Assembly (NCBI GenBank): GCA_034722055.1
Contig: JAYENL010000082.1
Span: 1 to 43,549, forward strand
Direction of reading: 5' to 3'
DNA: 43,549 nucleotides
Source: Armatimonadota bacterium
GTDB taxonomy: Bacteria > Armatimonadota > Zipacnadia > Zipacnadales > UBA5352
Below the pieces are notes generated by a model. It saw nothing but the letters and a program-made list of their open reading frames with translations. It made no database searches and had not been told where the DNA came from. Both the position numbers and the translations under genes were made by a program. Shown here piece after piece: positions 26,168-36,658 of the stretch (position 1 is its first letter; each line of letters opens with the position of its first letter).

Positions 26168-26725
26168 TCAGCGCGCCCCGCCCCAGTCGGCGAGCTTCTC
26201 CCCGATGGACCAGTACTCTCCGTAGAAGGACCACACCGGGTTCGTGCGCTCGTGGGCGATGCGCCGGCCGTCCAGGATCTCCTCCTCGATCCAGGCCACC
26301 TGCGCCTCGCCCATCACCCAGTCGTGATCGCCCAGGTGCGCGATCTCCACGACGCGGCACTCGATGCTCACGGGGCACTGCTCGATCAGCGGGGAGTCGA
26401 TCTCCTCCGCCGGCTGCGGCGTCCAGCCCAGGTCCTCGAACTTGTTGGTGGTGCGCCCGGAGATCCGGCCGCAGTAGTCGGCGCCGGCGAGGTGTTCCAC
26501 GTCCGGGATGTTGACGCCGAAGTCGCCGGTGCGCTTGATCAGCTCGTAGGAGTACTGATGCACGCCCATTGCGAAGCCGATGACCCAGGGTCTGGCGCAG
26601 CAGACGCTCGAGGCGCCGATGGTGATGATGTTGGGCTTGCCTCTCTCATCGATGGAGCTGACCAGGATCAGCGGCCAGGGGTAGAAGTGAGGATTGCCGG
26701 GGTTGTCGATGCGCTTCTTGGCCAT
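26168..26725 (-). CDS. Flavin reductase family protein (DIM6/NTAB)
   Basis: YPWPLILVSS..GKPNIIT, FGVNIP, DYCGRISGR, PLIEQCPVSIECRV, GDHD. Confidence 0.9.
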   Translation of the reverse strand: MAKKRIDNPGNPHFYPWPLILVSSIDERGKPNIITIGASSVCCARPWVIGFAMGVHQYSYELIKRTGDFGVNIPDVEHLAGADYCGRISGRTTNKFEDLGWTPQPAEEIDSPLIEQCPVSIECRVVEIAHLGDHDWVMGEAQVAWIEEEILDGRRIAHERTNPVWSFYGEYWSIGEKLADWGGAR

Positions 26726-26750
26726 GTGCAGGCTCCTCCTCAGAACCGTC

Positions 26751-27638
26751 TCAGATCATCCCGGAGACCTCCGGTCTCACGAACCTTCCCCACGGGACCT
26801 CCACGGGCCTGCTGGGGCTCAGCGTATGCCAGGCGCCACGGTCGCCCGCGACAAGATGCGGCGTCTGCGCGGGCATGAAGCCCTGCAGCACGAGGCCCAC
26901 GGTCTGTCCGGACTCATCGCGCGCGAGGTCCACGATCACCGCGGCGTGACCGGGGCTGCCCCCGTGCGCGAGATAATCGCCGACCGCCAGCTCCCCCAAG
27001 GTTACCGGCTCTCCATCCCTGGTGAGGGAGATGGTGCCGCACCAGGCGAAGACCGCCGAGAGGAAGGCGTCGAAGCTGGCCCGCGAATCGTCGGGCTCGG
27101 CGGTTCGCTCGAAGGCAAGCTCGTCGCCCTCCAGCCGAGGTCGCGTGCCGCGCCTCCATTGGGGCCAGGAGATGGTCCCCCCGCCGGTGAGGGCGAACTT
27201 GATCTCCTCCTCCCGCCCGGCCCAGCGCAGGTACTCCGCCCGCAGCCGCAGGATCACATCCGCGCACTCCTGGTTCTCGCGCACATCCATGTCCACGACG
27301 CCGGCCACGTGTGGCGCGTCGGAGCGAGCGATGACGTCGCCGTCCTCCCCGCGCACCGGCGTGCCCGTCGGCGCCATGGGCAGGTGCCGCAGCCACTGGC
27401 CCCAGCTCCCGTCGGCGACCTCCGCGCGCTCGAACCCCCGCGGCGCCGGGAAGCGCGCCGCGATCGGCTCCCTGTACTCCTCGAAGCGGCACGGCCAGGG
27501 GTAGGCATCGCGCGGCATTGGGGAGACGTAGACCTCGGCCGGGGGATGCGGAACTGCGTCTCGGTCTGCGTGCCGGCTGTCCCGACAGCCCAGGATGACG
27601 GCGACCGCCACGAACAGAGCCTTCCCCCATCGCATCAC
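26751..27638 (-). CDS. DUF4846 family lipoprotein
   Basis: Lipobox ILGC; RFPAPRGFER, WLRHLP, QECADVILRLRAEYL, GSPGHA..VD, QGFMPAQ. Confidence 0.8.
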   Translation of the reverse strand: MMRWGKALFVAVAVILGCRDSRHADRDAVPHPPAEVYVSPMPRDAYPWPCRFEEYREPIAARFPAPRGFERAEVADGSWGQWLRHLPMAPTGTPVRGEDGDVIARSDAPHVAGVVDMDVRENQECADVILRLRAEYLRWAGREEEIKFALTGGGTISWPQWRRGTRPRLEGDELAFERTAEPDDSRASFDAFLSAVFAWCGTISLTRDGEPVTLGELAVGDYLAHGGSPGHAAVIVDLARDESGQTVGLVLQGFMPAQTPHLVAGDRGAWHTLSPSRPVEVPWGRFVRPEVSGMI

Positions 27639-27740
27639 GTTTCAGACCTCGACCGAGCAATACTCATGGCCCGCCTCAGCATCGCGCAGCGGCCAGTCGG
27701 GGAAGCGCCCTCGCGCTCCACGGCGAACATCTCCAGCGGC

Positions 27741-28280
27741 TCACTCGCCCAACCACATCTCGTAGTCCTGGAAGTGCGGGTTGATGAGGATGCCCTCGCT
27801 CTGCGAGCGCGTCACCGCGATGTCCTCGGCGATCTCCCTGGCCTGCCCCGGGCTGTCGGCGGCAAGCTGCATGGTCCATAGCACACCCGTGTCAACGCCC
27901 CGCACGCGGTCCCCGTAGCCCAGACGCCCCCGCAGCGCGGACAGGATGCCCTCGCCTGCGGAATCATCGGGGTTGCTCACCAGCACGTTGACGGTGTACT
28001 CGCCGTCCTGCCTGGCGTCCGCTGCATGGTCCTCGGGAAACCGGACCTGGTAGGTGTGCTTGTTGGGGTTGACGAACAGGTTGGTCTCCTCGGCCAGCTC
28101 GCGGGCCAGGGCCTCGGCGGCGTCGCGGTCCCCCACGTCCAGGTCCAGGCGATAGTAGTCGCTGCGGTGGAGGGCCTGGAGAGCGTCGGCGTAGCCGAGG
28201 CGCCTGCGGATGGCGTTGGCGGCGGTGAGCGCAGTCAGATCGGGGATCTTGAGGCCAACGGTCAGCTCGACGCTGATCAT
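27741..28280 (-). CDS. Tandem PurS-like domain protein
   Basis: Two internally similar halves (V.LKIPD..A.TA..AIRRRLGY..FVNPNK and VLVSNPDD..G..ILSALRGRLGY..LINPHF) resembling PurS. Confidence 0.55.
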   Translation of the reverse strand: MISVELTVGLKIPDLTALTAANAIRRRLGYADALQALHRSDYYRLDLDVGDRDAAEALARELAEETNLFVNPNKHTYQVRFPEDHAADARQDGEYTVNVLVSNPDDSAGEGILSALRGRLGYGDRVRGVDTGVLWTMQLAADSPGQAREIAEDIAVTRSQSEGILINPHFQDYEMWLGE

Positions 28281-28368
28281 CTCTTCAACCTCCCGCCGGA
28301 ATCTTCGCCGCGCCGGCCCCGCCTCCCTCTACAGGAGCCGGAGTCTGTGCGGTCATCCGGGGAGGCAA

Positions 28369-30627
28369 TCAGCGCCTGCCGCCCAGGGCAGCGATCAGCA
28401 TTCCGTTGGGCGGCATCGACAGCAGCGCGTCCACGCCGGCGGGCCGGAAGCGGTCGGGGTCGCCCGCGAGCACGCGGTAGCCGCTGGTCTCCATGGTCAG
28501 CGGCAGCGCGATCTGAGCGGGCGTGGAGGCCCAGGAGGCGGCAACCAGGTACCAGGTATCATTGAAGCCGCGCACGGTCAGGGCCCTCACGCCACGCTCG
28601 TTGACGCTCGGCCCCACGTGCCAGGCCGGCCACCGCGCTGTCTTCCGCGCATTGGTCGAGGCCAGCAGCGCCACCGCGGAGTCCTCGAGCGTGTCGCCCG
28701 GCTCCGCGCGGCGCATTCGCTGCACGGGATGCAGCAAGGTATCGTAGCAGAGGCTGTGACCCGTGGCCCGGCGCTGGCCGTCCACGAGGAGCACGAAGCG
28801 CTCGCAGCCATCGACCTCGACTACGCCGAGCATGTCGTCGATGTTGACCCAGGGGCTGTCGATGAGTATCTCCCGGGAGGCAGCGCCGACACCCTCGACC
28901 TCTACGTCGCGGTCCTCGAAGTGCAGCCTGCGGCGGTTATCGTTGAAGACATCGTTCGCGAGGTTCAGGCACAGGCCCTCAGCCATCACCACCTCCAGCT
29001 CGCACAGGGCCCGGGCGTGGCTGAGCCAGATGCAGGTGATCCCATCGGGCAGGGCGGCGAAGGCCAGGTGGTGAAGGATGGTATCCTCGCAGGCGCTGAC
29101 ACGCCCCCGGGCCGCGATGCCGCCGTTGAAGGCCCACTGCCGACTGGCGAGAACTCGGCGGCCATCCGAGGCCCCGCGGACGTGGAAGCGGCTGAGCAGG
29201 TTCCCCTCCCACTCCGCGAGATGGTCCCCGTTCCGGGGAATCACCAGCCCCTGGACTCCACTGCGATGAGCGTTCCAACTCCAGCTTGCGAAGCGGCGGT
29301 CGCCGCGGTGGAACGCCAGGCCGCAGTCGGGCTCGATGAACGGCTCATCCAGCTCGCAGCAGTCGCCGCCACCAGGTGCGGCGACGGTGGCGTTGCGCCG
29401 GTGCCACCACCACGCCAGTGAGAGGTAATAGGGGGTGTCAACCAGTGTGCGGTAGTAGACGGACGGCGCCGGCCTGCCGGGAGCCACCCCCTCCTCCAGG
29501 CGCTCGCGCCAGCTCTGTAGCCTGCAGCCGCAGAAGGACCCGTCGGGCCCAGCCTCCTGCTCCTGCATGAGGCTCTCGGCCAGCGCCACCTCGGCCTCGC
29601 GGGCGACCTGGTCCCCGTAGTAGTGACCCATGAAGGCCAGCACGGGGAGCAGGTAGAGCTGTCCCCAGCAGTAGTGCGGGTAGTCGTTGCCGGCGGGGTG
29701 GGCCAGCCGGCCCTTCCACAGCAGGAGGCGGCGCTGGACGTTCCAGAGCTCGGGGACGTTGCGCAGCAGCAGCTCCGGGGGCTGTTCGCCGGCCTCGCGG
29801 AAAGCAATCCAGGCGCTGATGAGCGACAGCAGCGCGCGGTTGACGTAGCCGGGGTGGAAGAAGCCGTGGTGCTCGAGGGCGAAGCCGGGGTGGAGGTTTG
29901 CTCCGGCGTGCCACTCGCTCAGCGGTCGCCCGTCGTAGTCGGTGTCGTCCTCGGCGTCGGCGGGCACCGACAGGGAGTTGGCGAGGAAGGTCAGCATGGC
30001 CTTCCGCCACTGCTGTGCGCTCTGGTGGCCGGGGCTGCTCAGCAGCGCGCGGGCCAGAATGCAGGCCCGCCAGGCGTTGCTCTCCGGGTATGAGGTGCCG
30101 AAGCGCCTGGTGGGCACCGGCGGGCGCTTGCGGTAGAAGCCGTGGTCCAGGTGCTCGAGGTGGAAGGGCAGCAGCCGGTTGCAGTCGGCCTCGTACTCGA
30201 TGAGTCGCCGGAGGGCATCGCGGTCGTCATCGGGCAGGGCGGAGCCCAGGCCTGCAGCGGCAATAGCGAGCTGGTCGGCCATCTTCGGCGACATGCCCGT
30301 GCCGCCCCAGCCGGGCTCCTCGGTAATCGGATCCGGGTGGCACTGGTGTGTGCGCAGGCAGTAGCGGAATGCCGCCAGAGCGTGCTCCAGGCACTGCTCA
30401 TTGTCAAGAGGGCAGTCGGAGAGGTCGAAGGCCTCCCGCGTGGCGGCCAGGCCGTGGATGAACGCGTAGAGGGCGGTGGCCTCAACCGCCAGGGGTCCGG
30501 CGTCGGCGGCACCGAATCTGCCCACGTCCTCGGCTCCCGGCAGCATCTCGAACTCGCCGCAGCCGAAGCTGAGCCACCGCGCGACGGCGGCGGGGTAGCT
30601 CTCGCGCAACCGATGGCGGTTGACCAT
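28369..30627 (-). CDS. Hypothetical protein, possibly an alpha/alpha-toroid lyase-like enzyme
   Basis: Long ORF with host-like codon usage, helical N-half with YPESNAW and HHGFFHPGY, beta-rich C-half; function is a guess. Confidence 0.6.
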   Translation of the reverse strand: MVNRHRLRESYPAAVARWLSFGCGEFEMLPGAEDVGRFGAADAGPLAVEATALYAFIHGLAATREAFDLSDCPLDNEQCLEHALAAFRYCLRTHQCHPDPITEEPGWGGTGMSPKMADQLAIAAAGLGSALPDDDRDALRRLIEYEADCNRLLPFHLEHLDHGFYRKRPPVPTRRFGTSYPESNAWRACILARALLSSPGHQSAQQWRKAMLTFLANSLSVPADAEDDTDYDGRPLSEWHAGANLHPGFALEHHGFFHPGYVNRALLSLISAWIAFREAGEQPPELLLRNVPELWNVQRRLLLWKGRLAHPAGNDYPHYCWGQLYLLPVLAFMGHYYGDQVAREAEVALAESLMQEQEAGPDGSFCGCRLQSWRERLEEGVAPGRPAPSVYYRTLVDTPYYLSLAWWWHRRNATVAAPGGGDCCELDEPFIEPDCGLAFHRGDRRFASWSWNAHRSGVQGLVIPRNGDHLAEWEGNLLSRFHVRGASDGRRVLASRQWAFNGGIAARGRVSACEDTILHHLAFAALPDGITCIWLSHARALCELEVVMAEGLCLNLANDVFNDNRRRLHFEDRDVEVEGVGAASREILIDSPWVNIDDMLGVVEVDGCERFVLLVDGQRRATGHSLCYDTLLHPVQRMRRAEPGDTLEDSAVALLASTNARKTARWPAWHVGPSVNERGVRALTVRGFNDTWYLVAASWASTPAQIALPLTMETSGYRVLAGDPDRFRPAGVDALLSMPPNGMLIAALGGRR

Positions 30628-30868
30628 CCGGGTCTTCCCCCCGGATGACGACGTGATTGGACGCCCGCAACTGTGACGCCGTGCGGGTCGCAGCCTCGTC
30701 CGGGTCGAGGGCCTTCGATCCGGGTGAGAACACCCCCTGCGAACCTCTTTCGTCACTATCCTATCAAAGGTATAACGCCTGCAAAGGCGAATCTGTTACT
30801 TCCAGTCTTAACTCGGTGTCCAAATCGCAGCGATTTGGGGCCGGATGCGTGCGTCAGGAGGGTACCCA
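30628..30868. promoter_or_regulatory. Divergent promoter region
   Basis: AT-enriched gap with TATAAC at about 30771 upstream of the TPP-enzyme gene. Confidence 0.5.
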
Positions 30869-32518
30869 ATGACAGGGGCAGAGGCGCTTCTCGACCAGCT
30901 TCAGCGACGGGACGTGCCATTCATCAGCATGCTGTGCGGCAACGGTACCGAGCCGATCATAGACGCCGCCGACGCCGTAGGCCTGCCGCTGATACACACC
31001 CGTAACGAGCAGGCGGCCAGCTACATCGCGGACTCCTACGCCAGGCTGACCCGCCGGGTGGGGGTCTGCGTGGTGTCCAGTGGCATCGCACACGTGAACG
31101 CCATGGCCGGCCTGCTCAACGCGCACTACGACGGCGCCCCGATGCTCCTGATCACCGGCGCCAATGAGTCACCGACGCTCGGCCGCGGCGGCTTCCAGGA
31201 CGTGGACCAGGTGGCGCTGTGCGAGTCCATCTGCAAGCACGCCGAGCAGGTGGACCGGCCCGAGCGCATCCCCCAGGCCGTCGCGGAGTGCTTCCACGCC
31301 GCCACCACCGGCCGCCCCGGCCCCACGCACCTCACCATCCCGCGCGACGCCCTCCAGGGCGAGATCGCCGACGAGCGATCCATGCCTTCGTTGGGGGAGC
31401 GCGGGATGGTCGAGCATGCTGCCCGGCCCGAGCAGGAGGACCTGATCGAGGCCGTCAGGCTGATCAGTGAGGCCGAGAGGCCGATCATCGTCGCCGGCGG
31501 CGGCTGCTTCTACGCCGACGCCGGGCCCGAGCTGCTGGACATGGCCCAGACCGTGGGCGCGCCGATCGTGACGCCCATCTGGGACCGCGGGGCGGTCAAC
31601 GAGCCCAGCGAGCACTTCATGGGCGTGATCGGGGCCGCCACCGGCGAACCGCCGCTGCTGGAGGAGGCGGACCTGCTGATCATCGCGGGCGCGGACATCG
31701 ACTACCGCCTGCGCTACCTCGACCGCCCGCCGCTGCGCCAGGACCTGAAGGTCATCCGCATCGACGTCGATCCCGGGCGGCTCTATCAGGCGATCGCGCC
31801 GACCCTGCCGCTGCTGGCCGATCCCAAGAGCGCCTTTCGGCTGATTCGTTCGGCGTACGCCGACTCTCATGGTGCGACGAGGCACGAGAAGTGGATGGCG
31901 CGGGCCCGGGAGATGCATACCGAGTTCTACTCCGCATGGGACCAGCGGCCGGATGCGCCCCAGGGCGCCATGGTGGGCTATGACATCGCGCGAGCGGTGG
32001 CGGATGTCATGAGCGATGACATGATCTTCGTGATGGACGGGGGCAACATCGGCCAGTGGCTGCACATGACCCTCTGCCGCAGCTCCTACCCCGAGGCGCT
32101 GCTGACCTGCGGGGCCTCGGGCGTTGTCGGCTACGGTGTGCCGGGCGCCATGGCGGCCAGGCTGGCCTTCCCCGACCGTCGCGTGCTGCTGGTCATCGGC
32201 GACGGCTCCCTGGGCTTCTGCATCCCGGAGCTGCAGTCGGCCGTCCGCCACGAGCTGCCCTTCGTGGCCGTCGTCGCCGACGATGAGGCCTGGGGAATCG
32301 TGGTCACCGGGCAGCGGGCGCGGGGCGCGCCGTGCGTGGCCAGCGAGCTGGGTGAGTGCGGCTGGGCGCAGACGGCGATAGGACTCGGGGCGCGCGGCGT
32401 GACCGTCTCCGCGCCGGATGAGATCGCCCCCGCCATCGAGGAGGGCTTCGAGTCCGGCCAGCCCACGCTGGTGGAGGTGCCGCTGGCGGTGCTGGCGCCG
32501 GGTGAGTGCCGGCCGTAG
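30869..32518 (+). CDS. Thiamine pyrophosphate-dependent enzyme (acetolactate synthase / 2-hydroxyacyl-CoA lyase superfamily)
   Basis: MTGAEAL, TRNEQAASYIAD.YARLT, GGFQDVDQ, GRPGPTHLTIP.D, IGDGSLGF; AGGAGG RBS. Confidence 0.9.
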   Translation: MTGAEALLDQLQRRDVPFISMLCGNGTEPIIDAADAVGLPLIHTRNEQAASYIADSYARLTRRVGVCVVSSGIAHVNAMAGLLNAHYDGAPMLLITGANESPTLGRGGFQDVDQVALCESICKHAEQVDRPERIPQAVAECFHAATTGRPGPTHLTIPRDALQGEIADERSMPSLGERGMVEHAARPEQEDLIEAVRLISEAERPIIVAGGGCFYADAGPELLDMAQTVGAPIVTPIWDRGAVNEPSEHFMGVIGAATGEPPLLEEADLLIIAGADIDYRLRYLDRPPLRQDLKVIRIDVDPGRLYQAIAPTLPLLADPKSAFRLIRSAYADSHGATRHEKWMARAREMHTEFYSAWDQRPDAPQGAMVGYDIARAVADVMSDDMIFVMDGGNIGQWLHMTLCRSSYPEALLTCGASGVVGYGVPGAMAARLAFPDRRVLLVIGDGSLGFCIPELQSAVRHELPFVAVVADDEAWGIVVTGQRARGAPCVASELGECGWAQTAIGLGARGVTVSAPDEIAPAIEEGFESGQPTLVEVPLAVLAPGECRP

Positions 32519-32556
32519 GTCGTTTGCCAGGGGAATGGTGATGTGGGCAATCCGTC

Positions 32557-32961
32557 AGGGGGTGAGGCAGTCGTCGGGGGCCTCCCCCCGACCCGCGCTT
32601 CGCTCGGGCCACCCCCCTCCCTGGTGCCACACACGACGTGGCGCAGGCGGGAGGGGGGAGCGGCCGACGCGGGGTCAGTCGTCGGAGGGGCCGTCCTGAC
32701 GGCGGCTGCGCAGCAGTCGCACGAAGTCGGCCCCGCCGTGCCATGTTGGGAAGCGGGCGCCCCGAGCGGCGCATCTTGCATAGGCGGCTCAGAGCGGGCC
32801 TTCGGCCCGCAGGCGGGCGCGGGCGCCCGCCTCCCAAGGTGAGGCTCGCTGCTGCCAGCAGGCCGTTGCCGTTCTCCCCCTCTCCCGCCTGCGGGCAAAG
32901 CCCGCCAGGGGGAGGGGGAAGGCAGTTCGCGCAGCGAACTGTAAGGGGGTGAGGCAGTCGT
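32557..32961. repeat. Hairpin-rich segment bounded by 18-bp direct repeats
   Basis: AGGGGGTGAGGCAGTCGT at 32557-32574 and 32944-32961. Confidence 0.7.
32684..32734 (+). repeat. GGAG-headed structured hairpin repeat, copy C
   Basis: GGAGGGGCCG-TCCTGACG-GCGGCTGC(GCA)GCAGTCGC-ACGAAGT-CGGCCCC. Confidence 0.75.
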
Positions 32962-33000
32962 TGTCGTGAGTGTCAGCCGTTCGGATGGAGGTGCGCACCC

Positions 33001-34959
33001 ATGAACGTCCGCTTCGTCGATGCGCCCGCTGGCAGGAGCACCAGCCGCTGGTATAACGGGAATCGTCCGCCGCTGACGGCGAATCCGCTCTCGCGCCTGC
33101 CCGTGGGGGCCGTCAGGCCGCGCGGGTGGCTGGGCCACCAGCTCCAGCTCATGCGTGATGGCATGACCGGCCGCCTCGGCGAGTTGAGCGACTTCCTCAA
33201 CCAGAGCAATGGCTGGTTCGGCGGCGATGAGCCGGGGTGGGAGGAGCAGCCCTACTGGCTGCGGGGCTACTATGACCTGGCCGTGCTGCTTGGCGATGAC
33301 GCTATGCAGGCGGAGGCCCGCCGGTGGGTCCAGGCCGCCATTACCTCCCAGGACGAGGACGGCTACTTCGGCGCGCGCATGCACAAGGCCCACGAGGTGC
33401 CCGGCGGCACCGCCCCTGACCTGTGGCCGCACATGGTGATGCTCGACGCCCTCATCAGCCACTTCGAACATACCGGCGATGAGCGCGTTCCGGTGCTGAT
33501 GCGCAACTTCTTCGAGTGGTGCCGCCGGCTCTCCAGCGACGAGTTCATCCCCGCCCTCGACCCCGAGCAGACCCACTGGAAGCTGCACGTGCAGCGCAAC
33601 CGTGCCGGCGACATGCTCCCGCACCTCTACTGGCTGTTCAACCGCAGCGGCGAGCGCTGGCTGCTCTCGCTCGCCACGCGCTTCTTCGACGCCATCACGC
33701 CGCCCGAGGACGAGTGGCTGGACCACCACGTGGTCAACTTCACCCAGCGTTTCTCCTACCCCGGCACCTACGCCACGCAGACCGGCGAGCCGTGGCGCAT
33801 CGCGGCCAGCGAGCACTGGTATCAGCAGCACATGGCGACCTGGGGGCAGCAGCCGCGAGGCATCTTCGGCGCCGACGAGCGCGTCCGAACGGGCAAGACC
33901 GATCCGCGGCAGGCCATCGAGACCTGCGCCATGGTGGAGTTCGCCAAGAGCTTCTATCGCCTCGGCCGGCTGACCGGCGCCACCCTCTGGGCGGATCGCA
34001 CAGAGGACGTGATGCTCAACCACTTCCCCGCCGCCAGCGACCCGTGGCTGAAGGGCCTCCACTACCTTACCGCCTCCAATCAGCCGCAGCTCGACGCTGG
34101 CGAGGAGCACGACTACTACAACAAGGGGCGGCAGATCTGCTACTCCCCGCGCATCTACCGCTGCTGCCAGCACAACGTGGCCATGGGCTGGCCGTGGTAC
34201 GCGAAGAATCTGTGGCAGGCCACCTCCGACAATGGCCTCGCAGCGTGGCTGTACGCCTCCTGTCAGGTGACCGCACGGGTGGGCGAGGGCGGCGACGAGG
34301 TGCGCATCACGGAGGAGACCGCCTACCCCTTCTCGGGCCGCGTCTCGTTGTGCGTGGAGGCTGAGGAGCAGGTGGCCTTCCCGCTGTATCTGCGCGTCCC
34401 GCGCTGGGCGGCGTCGGTGCTCGCCGAGCTCAACGGCGAGCCGCTGCAGCCGGAGGGCGAGCCCCGCGGCTACCTGCGCATCGAGCGCATCTGGAGCCCG
34501 GGCGACACCATCGAGGTCGAGTTCGGCGTGGAGCTGGGCGTGACGCAGTGGCCGCGGACCGGCGCCGTGACGGTGGATCGCGGGCCGCTGAGCTACTCGG
34601 TGCGCATCGAGGAGCGCTGGGAGCGGTGCGGCGGCACGGACGAGTGGCCGGAGTGGGAGGTCCTTCCCACGTCGCCCTGGGCGTACGGGCTGATGCTCGA
34701 CCGCGCGCGTCCCCAGCGCCACCTGCGCGTCAGCAGGATCGGATCGGTGACCGACCAGCCGTGGACGGTGGACGACGCGCCCATCGAGATCGAGGCGCGC
34801 GGCAAGCGCATCCACGGCTGGGGGCTGGACGCCACGGCCACCGTGGAGCCCGTGCCCCGCAGCCCGGCGTTCTCGGATGAGGGCGAGGAGCCGGTGACGC
34901 TGATTCCCCTTGGCTGCGCCCGGCTGCGGATGTCAGTGCTGCCGGTGGTGGACGGCTGA
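33001..34959 (+). CDS. Glycoside hydrolase family 127-like (beta-L-arabinofuranosidase domain)
   Basis: VRPRGWL..QL, GWEEQPYWLRG, ETCAMVE, CCQHN, ETAYPF, LRVPRW, RGPLSY, LIPLGCARLR. Confidence 0.88.
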   Translation: MNVRFVDAPAGRSTSRWYNGNRPPLTANPLSRLPVGAVRPRGWLGHQLQLMRDGMTGRLGELSDFLNQSNGWFGGDEPGWEEQPYWLRGYYDLAVLLGDDAMQAEARRWVQAAITSQDEDGYFGARMHKAHEVPGGTAPDLWPHMVMLDALISHFEHTGDERVPVLMRNFFEWCRRLSSDEFIPALDPEQTHWKLHVQRNRAGDMLPHLYWLFNRSGERWLLSLATRFFDAITPPEDEWLDHHVVNFTQRFSYPGTYATQTGEPWRIAASEHWYQQHMATWGQQPRGIFGADERVRTGKTDPRQAIETCAMVEFAKSFYRLGRLTGATLWADRTEDVMLNHFPAASDPWLKGLHYLTASNQPQLDAGEEHDYYNKGRQICYSPRIYRCCQHNVAMGWPWYAKNLWQATSDNGLAAWLYASCQVTARVGEGGDEVRITEETAYPFSGRVSLCVEAEEQVAFPLYLRVPRWAASVLAELNGEPLQPEGEPRGYLRIERIWSPGDTIEVEFGVELGVTQWPRTGAVTVDRGPLSYSVRIEERWERCGGTDEWPEWEVLPTSPWAYGLMLDRARPQRHLRVSRIGSVTDQPWTVDDAPIEIEARGKRIHGWGLDATATVEPVPRSPAFSDEGEEPVTLIPLGCARLRMSVLPVVDG

Positions 34960-35159
34960 CGGTAGGCCTCGGCCCGGCTCTGTTCGTTGGAAGCTGCGTG
35001 GGCGAGGCTCTTACCCTCGCGACGCGAGGCCCTGATCGGCCGGGCGCGTAACGACGTCCACGCGAGGGCGCGTGGACTCCAACGACCTGCCCCGAGGAAG
35101 GACTCCGCGCAGCCACCGGGGAAGCGGCGTGCTACTGACAGCACGCTGCTGCCCGAGGG

Positions 35160-36494
35160 ATGGTCGCCGTGAGGTCGCCGAACATCGTATTCTATTTCTC
35201 CGATCAGCAGCGCTTCGACACCTGCGGCTGCTATGGACAGGAGCTTGACGTCACGCCGAACCTCGACCGCATGGCCGAGGAGGGCGTGCGCTTCGAGAAT
35301 GCCTTCACCTGCCAGCCCGTCTGCGGCCCGGCGCGGTCGGCGCTGCAGACCGGCAAGTATCCCGAGGCCGTGGGCTGCTGGCGCAACAACATCCACCTGC
35401 CGCTGGACGAGAAGACCATCGCGCACTGGTTCACCGAGTGGGGCTACCAGACCGCCTACGTGGGCAAGTGGCACCTGGCCTCCGGCCCCGAGCCGGAGCT
35501 GAACCATCGGGAGGACCCGGTGCCGAAGCAGTACCGCGGCGGCTGGGACTGGTGGTGCGCCTCCGACGTGCTGGAGTTCACCTCCCACTCCTACGACGGT
35601 CATATGTACCGGGGTGACGGCTCCCGCTACGAGTTCCCCGAGGGCCGCTATCGCGTGCACTGCGTGACCGACGTGGCTCTGCAGTTCCTGCGCCAGCGCG
35701 ACGACGACCGCCCCTTCTTCCTGTTCGTGAGCTACATCGAGCCCCACCACCAGAATGATCACAACCGCTACGAGGGCCCGAAGGGCTCCAGGGAGCGCTG
35801 GGCGGACTACGAGGTGCCCGGCGACCTCGTCGGCACCGAGGGCGACTGGCGCGAGAACTTCCCCGACTACCTCGGCTGCTGCCACGCGCTGGACCGCAAC
35901 CTCCAGCGCATCCGCGACGAGCTGGCCGAGCAGGGCATCGCCGACGAGACCGTGGTCATCTACACCTCCGACCACGGCTCGCACTTCCGCACCCGCAATG
36001 CCGAGTACAAGCGCGCCTGCCACGACGGCTGCCTCCGCATCCCCATGGTCGCCTGCGGGCCCGGGTTCACGGGTGGTCAGGTCGTGGAGGATCTGGTCAG
36101 CAACATCGACCTGGCGCCGACGCTGCTGCAGGTCGCGGAGATTCCGGTGCCCGACGTCTACCACGGCCGGCCGCTGCAGCCGCTGGTGGAGGGGACCGCC
36201 GAGGACTGGCCCGAGGAGGTCTTCGCGCAGATCTCCGAGAGCCAGACGGGCCGGTGTGTGCGCACGCACAGGTGGACCTACTCGGTCAGCGTGCCGGAGG
36301 TCGGCCCGCGCAGTGACGTCTACTTCGAGGAGTACCTCTACGATAACGAGGCCGATCCGCACCAGCGCACCAACCTCGTGCGAGACCCCGACTGCGCCGA
36401 GATGCGCGCCGGGCTGGCCGAGACGTTGAGGCGGCGTATGGCGGAGGCGGGGGAGCAGCCGTCTGAGATCCGCCCGGCGCGCGATGAGGACTGA
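35160..36494 (+). CDS. Sulfatase-like hydrolase
   Basis: PNIVFYFSDQQR, CGPAR (CxPxR), GYQTAYVGKWHL, TSDHG, YLYD..DPHQ. Confidence 0.92.
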   Translation: MVAVRSPNIVFYFSDQQRFDTCGCYGQELDVTPNLDRMAEEGVRFENAFTCQPVCGPARSALQTGKYPEAVGCWRNNIHLPLDEKTIAHWFTEWGYQTAYVGKWHLASGPEPELNHREDPVPKQYRGGWDWWCASDVLEFTSHSYDGHMYRGDGSRYEFPEGRYRVHCVTDVALQFLRQRDDDRPFFLFVSYIEPHHQNDHNRYEGPKGSRERWADYEVPGDLVGTEGDWRENFPDYLGCCHALDRNLQRIRDELAEQGIADETVVIYTSDHGSHFRTRNAEYKRACHDGCLRIPMVACGPGFTGGQVVEDLVSNIDLAPTLLQVAEIPVPDVYHGRPLQPLVEGTAEDWPEEVFAQISESQTGRCVRTHRWTYSVSVPEVGPRSDVYFEEYLYDNEADPHQRTNLVRDPDCAEMRAGLAETLRRRMAEAGEQPSEIRPARDED

Positions 36495-36658
36495 GCAACG
36501 GCCGACGCATCTGAAGATGCGTCGCTCCGAACGGCGGACGGCGAGGGGCCACGGCAGACGGCGAAGGGCGCACGGGCGAGGACGCCTGTCCTCCGCGGCG
36601 ACATGCGGCTAATGGCAGCGACGAAGGACAGACCGGCCACACGAAGGAGCGTGCAGCG

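Noticed and set aside
32131..34815. Long antisense ORFs (e.g. 894 aa here; also 15785-17773, 39433-41829, 3574-5256)
   Set aside because: Shadow frames of real genes, expected in high-GC DNA; no motifs
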